64,000 nucleotides of DNA. It comes from Psilocybe cubensis. Taxonomy: Eukaryota. The DNA is taken from positions 1,302,001-1,366,000 of the forward strand of contig CM038998.1 of the NCBI GenBank assembly GCA_017499595.2. The letters are read 5' to 3'. How positions within the stretch are numbered: the stretch's first letter is position 1; each line of letters begins with the position of its first letter. The translations under genes were made by a program, and so were the position numbers. The notes under the pieces are model-generated. The model saw only the letters and a program-made list of their open reading frames with translations, ran no database searches and was not told the DNA's origin. Shown in pieces: positions 27,156 through 39,956 of this stretch.

Positions 27156-29000
27156 CTAGAATAGCTGCGTCTCTGATTTTTTATGGTGCCCCTGTCGCTT
27201 GGGGGGCTCTTTCGATAAAAACATGGACAGGAAATCATGAACGAAATCAGCAGCGGCAATTCCAGTAATTTCAGCTGACAATGATAAAAATACCCATCAG
27301 GCTACACCAAATATCATCGAGGAAATAGAGGCGCCTCACCATTGTCATATGCGGGAGCCACCTCCACAATATCCGCACCGCTGTGTAAGATGTATTTCAG
27401 CCTTGTTCACATTAACAGCATAGCCAATATTATGACAATCTTACACAAAATTGAGCCCCGCGAGGCCTCGGATTATCCTCTTTAGTTCGCGAGTAGTCCA
27501 ACCACCGGCTTCCGGCGTACCAGCTATTTATGGATCGAATAGTTAAATAGTGGTAGTAGTACCAACCAAACGATTGGAAAGCTTACTAGCAGGGGCCAAA
27601 CCGGGATCTAAAAGAGATACGGAATATAAGTAGGTTTCTTCTTAAACAAGCTCTAGGCTTCTCACCAATTACATCTATATCAAGACTATTTTGAAGTGCA
27701 TCAAATTGATATGTAACGAAGTAATCGCAACGGATAACACTATTTACTCACCTCAAATAAACAGGGCTATCCCCAATCCTTTTTCTAATTTTATTGATGA
27801 TAGTTGGGATTCCAAGGTCGTCGATGTCATCTGTTGAGATTACTTGGAATCCGACTGATTCATCGTTCGAGAGATCCTCGAGTCCCTGTTGTCTCTGGAT
27901 ATCAGCAACAGTGTGAAATTGTTGACGAAAGTATACTCACAGCTAGTTTGCATCTGATGCCGCCGTGCACACTATTGTTTGCAAGCAAACCTTCTTCGTT
28001 GGCAAGATAGAAAAAAGTTCCATGAGTGACTCGAGACTGTGCGCTGGTTTGTCCTGGGTATGCTGCCCATGTGTCCTTGAATTGATAAGTCGACTCAGAG
28101 GTGAATTCCAACAAATACTGTGTAAACTGACCAGGTGCGCGTCAAAGTGTATCACCGAAATGGGTCCGTATACTTTATGCAAGGAACGCAAAATAGGCAA
28201 TACCTGGAGACGTATCATCGGGTTAAAAGAATTCAATAAATGGGCATAAGGACATCCGCACAATTGTGTGGTCCCCTCCGAGACTGATAATCCACCTGAG
28301 CGATCTTCACTTGACGAGGACTGAAGACCATACCTGACGATCCGCGGATGTTCCTCTCCGTCCTTAGATAGTAAACTGGTCACTGGTTGAGCTTCCGGGT
28401 CGCGAGCAACAGTTCTCCTTAATAGCGTCGAGTAGGCTACCTCCATTTGATCGACAGCCAATGCATTGTCGAATGGATTAATTGGTACCTGTATACCCTC
28501 AGTTTGCAGTCATTTCATTTGCATTATCGCCACTCACATCACCGCAATCAATGATCTTCTGACCCAATGCATATGGGTCATTTGCCCAAGAAAGCGTGTA
28601 TCCTCTTGCTGTACGCTGCCTACGGCTGCCTGAACGGATAGCAAATGGCCCGAAACGAGCACTAAGATCAGCAAATAAGTAACCAGTGTTGGCAACTCTT
28701 GGCTTATATGCGTGCGTACCCAGGCCTATATGTAACGGCTGTATCAAAAGGCATCCCCAGAATAGCAATGTCAAAGCTTTCCTGTTCGTTCTCGAGACAT
28801 CGAAAGTATGGGAGGTGAGAGAACGACAGAGGCCCAGAAAATGACTGGTCGAACTGTGAGCCATACTTCTCCAACCAAGTCTTGTCTGACTGCTTGGTTT
28901 GATGTCCGAAAGCGTGTTGCTTATGGTCGTCGAGCCCATGATGATGGGCCATTGAGACCACGCATGAAAGTGTTATAACAAGAATACTAGAAATACGCAT
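27156..29000 (-). CDS. Agmatinase/guanidinobutyrase-like ureohydrolase (arginase family) with predicted signal peptide
   Basis: [83 protein letters not shown]. N-terminus MRISSILVITLSCVVSMA; stop TAG at 27156. Many small exons. Confidence 0.92.
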
Positions 29001-30064
29001 TCTTTGGACAATTGCTTGCGATGTTATGGTTCACTTTGAAGAAAGCCAGGGCAAGAGATAAGACGATAAGCGTGTGTACCCTGAATGGATAACAAAACGA
29101 TGCCGTTATTTTTGCCTCACTACATGTCAACGTGAACTGCAACACGGGTTGAAGAAAGCATCCTTCATGTGGGTCCAGAGTCAATCCTGAATAACTTCGT
29201 CGATTGTGAAAAAAGGGTTGTTATGGAAAAAAGTTAGGGGATGAAGATGGTTGCATAATCCAAAGCCTCCAACTTCAACAGTGATGTTCTTCAAGCGCTA
29301 CTACCGTGAGAAACATTGGAAGTGGTGAGTGCACCTGAGTCAGTTGACAGTTGTCCACCATCTTTGCGGCTTGCCCAGCCGTGTCCATGCCATGACACAA
29401 ATCAACGGTATTGGTAGACGCCTCTCAACCGCCGTAGATTGGTCTGCAGAGTGATTTATGGACTCTGAAGATCAAACTTCGTCAGCAACAATCAACAATT
29501 CTACTTTTACCAACCAGTGAGCAAGGGGTGAAAACCAATGCGCTCATCTAGATTTACTGTTTCCTGTGGATACTCCATCATTGCGCTTCACAGAGACCAT
29601 CACGGATGTCTGACACGAAATACTTACGGTCTGCTACTTGACTTGTCAATTATCCCAAAGGGCGTCTTTTACGCCAATCTGGAGCGTTTCTGCCAAAGTC
29701 CAGGATGCTGAAGCAAGTAGTGCTGCGATAATGTGCAATGTTAGTGACTTTTTTCTCTTTAATTCTTTTCTCGCGGTCGCATGGGATTGTGCACACGGTG
29801 GCAATTCATCCGTCGCCCTTCTGTTAATCAGCTAGGTAAAGACTACCGCATCGCTGTCCAAAGAATGATCCAAGAAGTCAGTCCCGGCGACACCGACCAA
29901 ATCTCATGATAGCTATTTTCCGAACATGCAATAATACTGTGCGGCATTGCTATAACTATGGCATAGCTCGCAGTTTGATTTGTTTCCCTTCTAGCCCTCT
30001 TTGTTATTCTTTTTCCTTTCTACCTGCCGGCAGCGCCACTTAAAGTGGCTTCCCTTCCCTCCGC

Positions 30065-32006
30065 ATGTCTGCCCGCCTTTCTCTTAGTGAGGGCAAGACA
30101 ATTTGGCAAAAATTGGTAGATCCACATATTGTTATACTGTGTTTCACTCTGTTTTCCTCGATACTTCTCGGTTTAACATGCTTTGACAATGAATCGACAC
30201 CCCTTACTGAAGCCAAAATTATGACGACGGTTGATGTTTCGACAGGGGGGGATACAACATCGGTATCAGGACAGGAGGAGGTAGTCACTCTTGGAGTTCT
30301 AGGATTTTGCTATCAATCCAGCCCCACCGCAGTCAAAGAATGCTCTACTCCAAGATTAGGATATAACCTCGGTGTGTGTTTATCTTTTCGAGATTTTGAC
30401 AAGAAATTAACAGCAATTGCTTTTTTCAGAGGCGCTTCATACCTTCGACCCAACTGTGTTTACATCCTGGTCTACACCGATTAGCAACGCCCTAGTCTTC
30501 CATGTCATAGCTTTCAGCTTTTGTTCTCTCGAAATGGCGGCCGTCATCCTTTCATTCCTGAAAATAACCTCAATAGGCGAATGGATATCTGAAATCACAC
30601 TGTTCATCTCCGCCACTACCTTGGCCGCTTTGGCAGTGGATTTAAGCCTTTCTTCTTCGATCGCTACTTCGTTTTCTTCGGTAGACAACACAGGTCAAGT
30701 TTTAGAGCCGGTGATTAGTCTGAAGCAGGGAACGTGGTACTCTCTTATCGCATTTGTGTTGCTTTTTCTAGGCGCGTGCCAATTCAAAATTTGGACAAAG
30801 CGTTCTCGTCAATCGCCGTCCCCTTCGGTGGACCGAACTGCTGAACAAGGAGAGAAGTTTGATATACCACCTTCGAGTCTGATACCGCCTTCTAACCGGC
30901 CACAAGTTGACAAACCAAATAGCGACGTCGAAGGTTTAGGAGAGATCGGACCTGGTTTATTGGAATTCATTGACACAACATCGCCTATCAAGGTCGCCAA
31001 TAATCAACCGAACCGTCCTCGTAAATTCCTTAAAAGCCTGCCTCCAACGCCGGTATCAATGGAAACTGCGCAAGCAGCTGATGACAGTGATTTACGCCGC
31101 TCCCAAAGCAGTGGGCCTCTATTTTCCCCTCCGCGAACCATGAGAATTATCCCAAAGAGGAGAACTGGAATGTTCGCAGGCACGGACAGGTACAGCTCTC
31201 CCGATAGCCCAGCGGGCCTATCCAATGATTCTCGGTATACAATTCGGTCGTCCTACTCCTCCCAGTCACCAACCTCCACTCGACGTACAACCAGTATTCC
31301 CTTCGCTCCATCAAGTTACCAACGGGGCACCTCGATCTCTTCCTCCCCTCTGCCGTACAATCCTAACATCGAAGTGCCGGAGGATGTAGTGCTCTATCTC
31401 GATCCTTCCCGCGCATCGTCTTCATGTCTCGATCACATCGACAGTGCATCTTCGACAAAGACGAGAAAATCGTTTGGACAGTTTTCTATTGGAGGATCGA
31501 GCGTGTTCTTGCCCGCCCGTGCATCTTCAGTGTTTATGCACCCTAATACTCGACCTCCTTCCCAAGGATCTAATATACTTTCGAAGAAGCCATGTTAGTT
31601 TCATTGCCCCCTTCTATTTGTTTTTAAGTGTACTGACGATAATTTTGCAGCTACCAAATCGCAGCGATCGCGTATGTCAATGGCCCCAAGAACACCGTTC
31701 ATGGATACGTTCCCAGGCACGGCCGACTATCCAGACGTAGAAAATTCAGGCGCGATTGCTCTTTTCCAAAGCCTCCGTGCTCTACCCAGAGTCCCAGAAC
31801 CTGCTTCAATACCCGAAGTACCGAAGATGCCTCGTTATTCAGTATTACAAGCTCTACAGAAACAGCAGGAAATGCTGCCTGAATCCTTGGGTGCGCCACG
31901 GGGAGAAGTGTCTGATTCATTTGACGGGCCACAGGAAACTCTACCTAGAGATCCACTACATGATTTGCCGACAAGACAGCAGGAAACGCCGTCGCACTCT
32001 ACATAG
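30065..32006 (+). CDS. Divergent second SUR7/PalI-like 4-TM protein with S/P-rich tail
   Basis: TM IVILCFTLFSSILLGLTCF; LGVLGFCY..ECSTPRLGYNL (cf. FGTLGYCL..CSKPSIGYEL); ALVFHVIA; GTWYSLIAFVLLFLG. First intron 30372-30429 at the same position as in the first PalI; second intron ~31594-31650. Confidence 0.78.
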
Positions 32007-33339
32007 AATTGGTTGGCCTTCTCGACACGACTGGCTTTTTCGACACGATTAGCACCTTATCTTTATTGTTTCCATGATGACATCGCATCCTGTTCCGGAC
32101 ACTCAACTTGCTTTCCATTCATTTTCCATTCGTTCATCCACCCTTTCTTAGGGACGTTCATCGTAAATTATTGATTTTTCCCCTTTTTTGTAATACCCCA
32201 ATCGCACACCATACTGAATACTTAACCAAAGGCAATTTTTTTTCTTGCCTCTATTCGTATACATGGTCAGTAAGTCCATATGTACTATAGAAATGGAAAA
32301 CACAAATCGTTGCAAATTAGCGAATGGATCGTGAAAAGTGCTTTGCGTCGGTTTTCACCCCAAAAAGGATCGCGAATGACTAAAAGGGGCTTTACGAGGG
32401 AAGGATAGGTAGGTAGTAATACATTCTCTAATTTCGCAATTAGCGCGCGACGGGGAAGTCGGTGAAGGCCAAAGAGCAGACATGGCAAAGAAGTTTACAT
32501 ATTTGGGAAATCTGCGAAGTTATGCGTTGCCAGACGCCCGGACGTCAAACGCTTACTCGACTGTATCAGCCATATGGAACCATACTAGTACATGGTAGTA
32601 TGCATAACAATGACGTGCTATCAAGCGCTCATTGCGGCGGTTCAGCCTGGAGTCGCAACTAACTCGCAAGGCTCAAAAAAATCAAGGTAGCTGATAATAG
32701 ATGAACAGATGACGTCCCATTTCCACGTCTAGTCAACCACTCAAACTTGTCGTACGTTCGACATGACAGTCGTCCAGACTCAAACTCGGATTCGGACTCG
32801 GACTTCAACTCCGAGAAACGAACTCAAACTCGACAACGACATCGAGGACGTCAATGAGACCCAACGGCCAGTCTCCTGGCCTCTGCCAATGTGTACGTAC
32901 ATGTACAGTACAAGGGTGCCCCGAGTGAAACCGACTTTAAAAATAGATCGATTAATCACGCCATGCAACTGGCAGACATTCAATGGACATTATGGGACAT
33001 GTAGCATGTACTCTGAAGTAACTCGAGTCTGCGTTGCTCGTGCTCGTTGCTCGTATGTACGAAGATTGACTATGACATACTTCTTCAATCGTGCTCCAAT
33101 AAGCAGCAAAATGCCAAAATCCGAGCCTACCACCCGGTCGCAATGTATGTTGCTCTCTGTGCTCTCGACTCGGATCTATCATAACATCTGATGCACCGAG
33201 GCCGACGTGTAGTGGGGCGTGAATCCAGACGTGATGCATCTCATGCCAATCAGGTCGAGTTGGAGCATGCAAATGGAGTAGCATAATTAAATTTTAAAAA
33301 TGTGGAGTGGTAAATGAAAACACGGACGCGTCGACGTGA

Positions 33340-34600
33340 ACAACACGCACAAGAAAAGGAATCAAAACATTTCAAAAAACATCAAAGTACCGAGATAACT
33401 TGATAAAACCTTGATATAACAAATAATGATATTGATAATCGATAATAATACTGATACATCTGAGTCATAGACTACACTATGTAATGCACAAAATGAACTG
33501 AAGTGAGATGAGATGAGATGAGAACCAGGATACAGAATGCAGAATAGATCATAGGGAGCGGATGGGAGGTGGCGCTAAAGGCACTGCAAAGGATAGAAAT
33601 AGTAAAGGAAAGTAAAGGAAAGGAAAGGAAAGGAAGTAGATGTATGACTTCGAGACGAGAAGAATCGACGATGTGATCATATTTGACTCGACTCGGATGG
33701 AGGACTGAACGTTGACGTTGAGCGTTTGAACGTTTGAATATTGAAGCTTGAACACTGAAACTTGAAGGATAGTGGAGATGCGTTCGAGTCTCGGTCATGA
33801 TCAGTTGCACCAAGCACTGCGTATTCGTACCGATTATACCGATGCAAAAAAGAAGGAAAAAAAAGGAGCGACGATGCGGGCGCACAACAATCAAAAAAAG
33901 GAAGGGCATGGGTGGGTGGTTGGGTAGGGTGCTAACAGGGTACAAATACGACGATATGAATACGTTACACAAAGAGAAGTATATGTGTACTATACAGTGC
34001 AATACGATACAACAACAAAAAACAAGACAAAAACAACGAACGAAGAGAAGATACGAGCGAAAGAAATAAAAAAGTGGCAAGTAATGAGAGAGAGACAGAG
34101 AGAGAGATCATGTCGCAAATGAACGAGAGTATGCGAGTGGTGGTCGTAAAAAGCGTCGTGAAAAAGAAATTGATAGATGCAAAAATGCGAATGCGGTGAA
34201 TTCATGCTGTAGTAGATGCGAGTGCGAGATGTGGATGGATGGTGGAGTGAAACGGATGGATGTGGATGGTAGAATAAAACGGATGGATGTGGATGGATGT
34301 GGATGAATGGATGATGATGATGATGCAGATGCAGATGATGCGAGCGACGAAAAAACCAAGAACAAAAAATGCGATGTCGTAAAGTCATAAAGTGTCATGT
34401 GGTGGAACAATGCGATGATGCTGAAGAAACCAAGAAACCCAAAAAAAAGGAAAAGAAAAGCGAATCTAAGATGAGGTCCAGAATTATGAGCATGGACTAA
34501 AAGGAAAGATAAGCGAGCAAAAGAAAGGGAAAGGGAAGAAAAAAACAACACAAGAAAGGGACACAAGAACAAGGGCAGGGCAGGTGAAGATAGAAGATGC
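33340..34600. repeat. Microsatellite/low-complexity tract downstream of the methyltransferase gene
   Basis: (GATGA)n, (GGAAA)n, (GA)n, (GGAT/GGATGT)n, (GAT)n and A-rich runs; the F/S/H-rich ORFs here are artefacts. Confidence 0.8.
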
Positions 34601-34618
34601 ACCAAGCATCAACAAAAA

Positions 34619-37600
34619 TCACAGCTCGCGCTCAACCCTCTCCTTCTCCCACTGCCCCTGCCACCTCCTCTCCCACTCCTTCATCCCCGCCGACCCTCCT
34701 CCATTCGAAAATGGCACATCAAACATCAACTCACACCCCAACCTCGAAAACCTCATCCCATCCTCTCCATCCCACTCCCCCTGCCACTCCTTCTCCTTAC
34801 CATCATCTTCCTCCTGCTCCTCCTCCACCGACCCCATCTTGACAGCCTGAAACACGCGTATCGTACGGATATGCACCGTCTCGTCCGGCTGGCAGTCGAA
34901 CACCTGGTGCTGCGGCGTGTCTGCCGCGCGATACGACGATGAGGGTTTGGAGTTGAAAGTGGATGCCGTCTCTTGGGACTCGTCGATGGTAGGTAGAGGA
35001 TCATCATCATCTTTCTCTGGGATCTGCGAAGGCCATCCGAGCCTGGTCCTCCTAAATCTACACAAAAATACCATCAGCTTCCACCAAACCAAAACCGAAA
35101 ACCAAAAACAAACTCACGTCTCGTACTCCCAAAGATAATAAGTAAACATATCCTCTTCCACAATCAACCGCCCCATCTCATCCTGAAACCTCGCTACATA
35201 CGCAGCAAGCGCAGGACGGCAACCAAGCAGCGTATGCATATACTTGCACGCATGCATCTCCAGCTCGCGCGCGTCCACCGCAATATACCGATCGCGCCCG
35301 ACCAGCAGCCCAGGCGACTGCACGAGCCCAGCAGGCTTGAACCGGAATATCTGCTGCGGCTGCTCCTCCCGCTCCTGCGCCTGCTCTTCTTGATGCCGTT
35401 GATGTTTTTCAGAATGGTGCTGAGACGAGTGTTTGTGCTTGTGGTTCTGGTGTTGCGAATGCCGCGCGGCTGCTTGAGCGTTGGTTGAGGCCGTGGACGC
35501 CTGCAGCGCTTTGGATGTTGCAGCGACGAGCTCGTTGTAGCTCATCCCCAGCAACGCGGCTGTCTTTGCGTTCGGTGCTTTCGGCTGAGTCATCTTCACA
35601 GGCGAATGCTGCCTGCTAGAAACAAGAGAGGACGACGAGGAGGATCCTCCCGAACCCACTGGCGTACCCGCGCTCGTGGGTGTAGACGAGGACGACGAAA
35701 ATGACACCGGCGAGCTCGGTGTGCTAGGCGACGTCGACCCAGACGATGAATATCCTTTGCTCTTTGACGGCGAAGTTGTCGTTGTCGTTGGAGGAGGTAT
35801 CAGCAGCCCAAGTTGCTTGGCTGCTTTGGGTTTGACGACGTCTGGTATAGGGAACGGGAGTGACATATCCATCCCAAGCTGCTTGGCCGCTTTGGGCTTG
35901 ACAACATCTGGTATCGGGGACGCCAACGACACATCCATACTGACACTCGCGCGGTCACTCGCCATCCCCGCATCGCCCAACACCTGTTCCTTTCTTCTCG
36001 CTTTTTTCTTGTCCGAATCTCTCCCCGCCATCCACTGCTTCTTCTCCCTCTCTCTACCCTCTCTCTCCTCCTCACCCTCCACCTTCCCATCAGCTCCCTC
36101 TGTAGCTCCCACATCCGCACACACGCCAATCGGCGACCCCCACTCCGCAAGCCGTACCCGATAACTCTGCGTCTTGCCCGCCTTTTTCCCAAATATATTC
36201 TGCATAAATTCGGAGACAAATTCGGCCGGGCGCGGGTACACGCCGTACGACCCCGAGAGCATGCCGAGGAAGGCAGCTTCTAGCTCGCGCGATGCGGCCG
36301 CGCGCTGTGCCCAGATCACGTGTGCGGGTTGTGCGAGGTACGGGTCGGTGATAGGGGGTTTGGCGTATGGATCTGAAGAGGTAGAGGTGGAAGAGATGGT
36401 GCTGGTGGGTGAAAAGAGAGTGGAAGAGGAAGAGGGTGATGATGATGAAGCAGCGGACGTGGTGGACGCGTGCCGCCGCCAGCGCGCGTAGGAACTCGGA
36501 CGCGCGGTCTCTGAAGACGAAAGAAAGGGTTGTTGCTGGTCAATTTCTTTGTCGTCAAAGGAAGACGAGACGCATGTGGTCTCGCTGTGATTGAACATGG
36601 AGTCTTCGCCAGACTCGTAGCCCTGCAGGGTATCCCCATCGAGGTCGGCGTCCGAGAAGAGGTCGTCGTCGTCCATGTCGAACGAGGATGCGCTGGAGCG
36701 GTGCCGTTTCCGCGGGGAGGATGAGGGTAGTAGATGATCTCTCAGTTTCGGCGGGTTTGCGTAAGGAAAGAAGATCTCGTCGTCGATGAGTTCAATGCGT
36801 CCGCCGACGCACAGTATGCGTTTGACCTCTCGGAGGAGTTTGTCCCAGTGGGTGTAGGGTACACAAAGGACGAGGTTGGCGAGACGGACAAAGTCAAAGG
36901 ATGCATCCGCAAAAGGTAGCGGGAAATTGATGCTATGTGTATATATTAGCGTGAGAGAGGGAATTGGACAAGAAAATGACTTGCAAATTTCCTTGGACAA
37001 AAGTGGTGTTGTCCATGGCTTCAAAGGCGGGGGTTGTGATATTGACGAGGTCAAAGCCGGTAAAGTGGGTGTGGGACCAGATGTTGGCGGCATATAGGAT
37101 CCAAGTGCCTTGACCACAACCTAAATCGAGGACGCGCAAAGGAGGCTTTGCGCGGTGATGACCAAAGGAGGGGTAACCGCCTGAAAGACGCTGCAAAAGC
37201 AGATCTGTATAGCGGTCGCTGGAGGGAATGGTTGAGATGCGCACGAAATGAAGAGGGAGAATACGCACTTTTCTAGCAGAATAGAATTGTAAGCCTGCAT
37301 ATAGGGAACCTCTGTCTGGTACGGGTGGAGCTTCATGTTGAACCTGGTTGTCCAGACTGTTTTGCGGACGAAGGAATCCGGATCGCTGTGGTTGTCAAAG
37401 TCGTCTGGGGTCTTGAACTTGACAGACTTTGCTGTAGACGGGCGGGGGGACTCTTCTGGGATGTCTGTCGGACGCTCTGGGGGATCTGGATGCGTGGAAG
37501 CAGGAGAGAAGAGGGACATGACGGAACGCTTCTTCTTGATGGAGGGAGGATGGAGAGAGTTTTGGGAGGTTGTGCCATCCTGGTTTGTCTTTAGCCTCTG

Positions 37601-37858
37601 TTTGAGACTCAAAGGATATGAGACTTTTTGGGAGGGAGTTCCCGATTGGGATGTGGGTGATGCAGGCGGGGTCACGCACAACTGCGCGTGCTTTTTTGGC
37701 TTGAACGACAGTCCGAGATTCATGCCTCGGAAGGAGTGCAAGCCACCTAGCGAAGATGAGCGCTTGAGCCGTCGTGGTTCTATGTCGGAGTCTGTGTAGA
37801 GGGTGGAAAACGGACGATAGTGAGCCTGGGGGCGTCTAGGAAGAGTGGTTGGCTGCAT
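34619..37858 (-). CDS. Class I SAM-dependent methyltransferase-domain protein with long low-complexity insertions
   Basis: LHPYQTEVPYMQAY, RVLDLGCGQGTW, FTGFDLV, FVQGNF|INFPLPFADASFDFVR, LLREVKRILCVGGRIELID, ELEMHACKY, HIRTIRVFQAVK. Introns ~37213-37268, 36933-36984, ~35058-35117. Confidence 0.85.
35807..35938 (-). repeat. 66-bp in-frame tandem duplication (2 copies)
   Basis: MDVSLASPIPDVVKPKAAKQLG / MDMSLPFPIPDVVKPKAAKQLG; units 35873-35938 and 35807-35872. Confidence 0.9.
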
Positions 37859-38669
37859 GTGGGCTATATAGAAAGATTAGAAAGGGGACGCTTAGGCCCT
37901 TTGTGAATGCGGGCCACGACTAGGAGGAACAAAGTAGGGCTGGGAAAGGATGGCCAGTCTGTTAATGTACGTACAACATTCAATTAAGGCAGTCCTTGTT
38001 CTACCGGCCTGACAGAAATCAATGTATTAATACTAATCTAATCCTCGTCCTTTTTCGGAGGTGGCCCGCACGGCTGCAGCATTCTCTGTGACTCCAAATC
38101 AATCAGCTACTCAGCCCCCGTTTCTGACAGTCACCCACCTCTGTCATCTCAAACTTCACACGCCCTATCGCCTCCCCGTCCGCGATCGCCAGGAAGGACG
38201 TCAGCGTCGGGTGTCCTACTATAGACGACAGCGTGTCCCGGTGCTGGTGCGCCAGCCATTCACTGTTCCACCATCAGCTGCTCTTCCGTCCACTATCTCG
38301 AATACGGTACATACTACTTGGACAAGTCCGCGTGGCCTTTGGTTCATTCAGCCTCGTTCACCGACAAGCCACTATTCACTCACCAGTACCAGTGTACCGC
38401 GCATGCACTGTCTTACCGTCAGCTCCCACTCGTAGTACAAATAATATAACCCACTCACAATGCTCGAGCTGCGTGTTGGCTGTATACCTAAGCTCAGAAG
38501 ACTGCAACCATGTTAATACCACCCGTTAGCGCGCAAAGACATGACTGACCATATCCAAAAAGCGTGTTGATTGCTGTTGTTGCCTTCCAAAGGCTTTCAC
38601 ATCAATTTCTCCTTCCCATCCTTGCCTAATCCGGAAACCTTCTCCTCCCTCCACCTTTTCTTTGCGAAC

Positions 38670-39860
38670 ATGAACGCAGAGACTAATAAAATCAAAGCCC
38701 GCCTCGCCTCGCTGAACGCCTCCTTCTCAGAGCTCGAGTCCCTCCTCGACCCGTTATTCGCCCAGTCGCTCCCCGAGACCCTCGTCGGCCTCGAGCCGCT
38801 CCAGCAGGCAAAGCTCCAGACCGTCCTCCCATACCTCGTCTACGATCTCATATTCAGTGCGTTTCCTTCACTCATCAACCTACTCGTTATAACCTCGCTT
38901 CACAGTCTACCTAAAATCACGAGGCATCGATCCTAAAACCCACCCCGTCGTCCCAGAACTCGTACGCCTCCACCTCCATCTCTTCCGCACTCTAATTTAT
39001 ATAACTTTACTCAGGACAGAATAAGAGGCTACTTTGAAAAAATCTCCTCCGCAGAGAACCCACCAACCAGTACGTCTTCACTTCCTTCAAAAACACTCTA
39101 CTTACCCCCGCACAGAACGCACAGAGCTCGACAAAGCAGCCGCCTCGCGCTTCATCAAACACGCCATCTCCCAAGCACAGACAAAATGGAAAAAGACAGC
39201 CGCCGAGGACGCGCAGGACGATGATGCTGCCGCGCCGTCATCCTCTTCAACAGCAACCCGCGTCCCCCTGAAAATCACTTCCAAAATGCGCGCGCGTGCA
39301 GAGTACGAGGCAGAGGTTCGCCGCGCGGACGAGGCGGGTGAGGAGGAGAGCGATTTAGTCGTGGTTGATGGTGATGAGGATGAAGATGAAGATGAGGAGA
39401 GTACGAAGATGGACGTGGACGTGGATGACGAAGCGTTACCTACAAACTCCAAATCCAAAGGCAAAGGCAAAGGCAAAGAAACATCCTCCACCACAAGCAT
39501 ATCCACAACCATAACCACAACATCCAACAAACGGCGCAGACCCGCAATCGACCATTTCGCCGGTAAGCCATACCACTCGGAAAATATACCGCCAATCAAT
39601 CAAACTAATCTAATCTAATCCAATGTTTTTTTCTATGAAATGAAGGATACGGCGACGACGCACCCCAACCCTCCCTCTCCACCGAACCTTCCAAAAAAGC
39701 AAAATCCTCGCCTGAAACGAGCTCGTCGCCTCCTGAATCGACAGCTCCGTCACCTGCTTTCGGCGAGAGCGACAAATCTAAATCTTCAAATTCAAGTTCG
39801 AATAAAAAGTCGAAAAAGAAAGCTAAAAAAGCTGCTGCTGCTGCTGCATCCTCGTCATAA
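38670..39860 (+). CDS. LRP1: C1D/Rrp47 (Sas10/Utp3/C1D family) nuclear exosome cofactor
   Basis: LEPLQQAKLQTVLPYLVYDLIF|IYLKSRGIDPKTHPVVPEL|DRIRGYFEKI, LDKAAASRFIKHAI, acidic stretch and Lys-rich C-terminus; TAA at 39858-39860. Confidence 0.85.
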
Positions 39861-39956
39861 CACCCGTTCCACCTTTTCTTACACACCTCATACTCGTACT
39901 CATAGATAGATAATACACCCTCATCCTCATCCACATCCGTGAATACACTTCATACA

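Noticed and set aside
32760..32850. ACTCGG/ACTCAA hexamer repeats as telomere-like or regulatory array
   Set aside because: Short and degenerate, not TTAGGG; ordinary simple repeat.
33472..34605. F/S/H-rich ORFs of 130-200 aa (also 40318-40930)
   Set aside because: Translations of microsatellite DNA with no domain signal.
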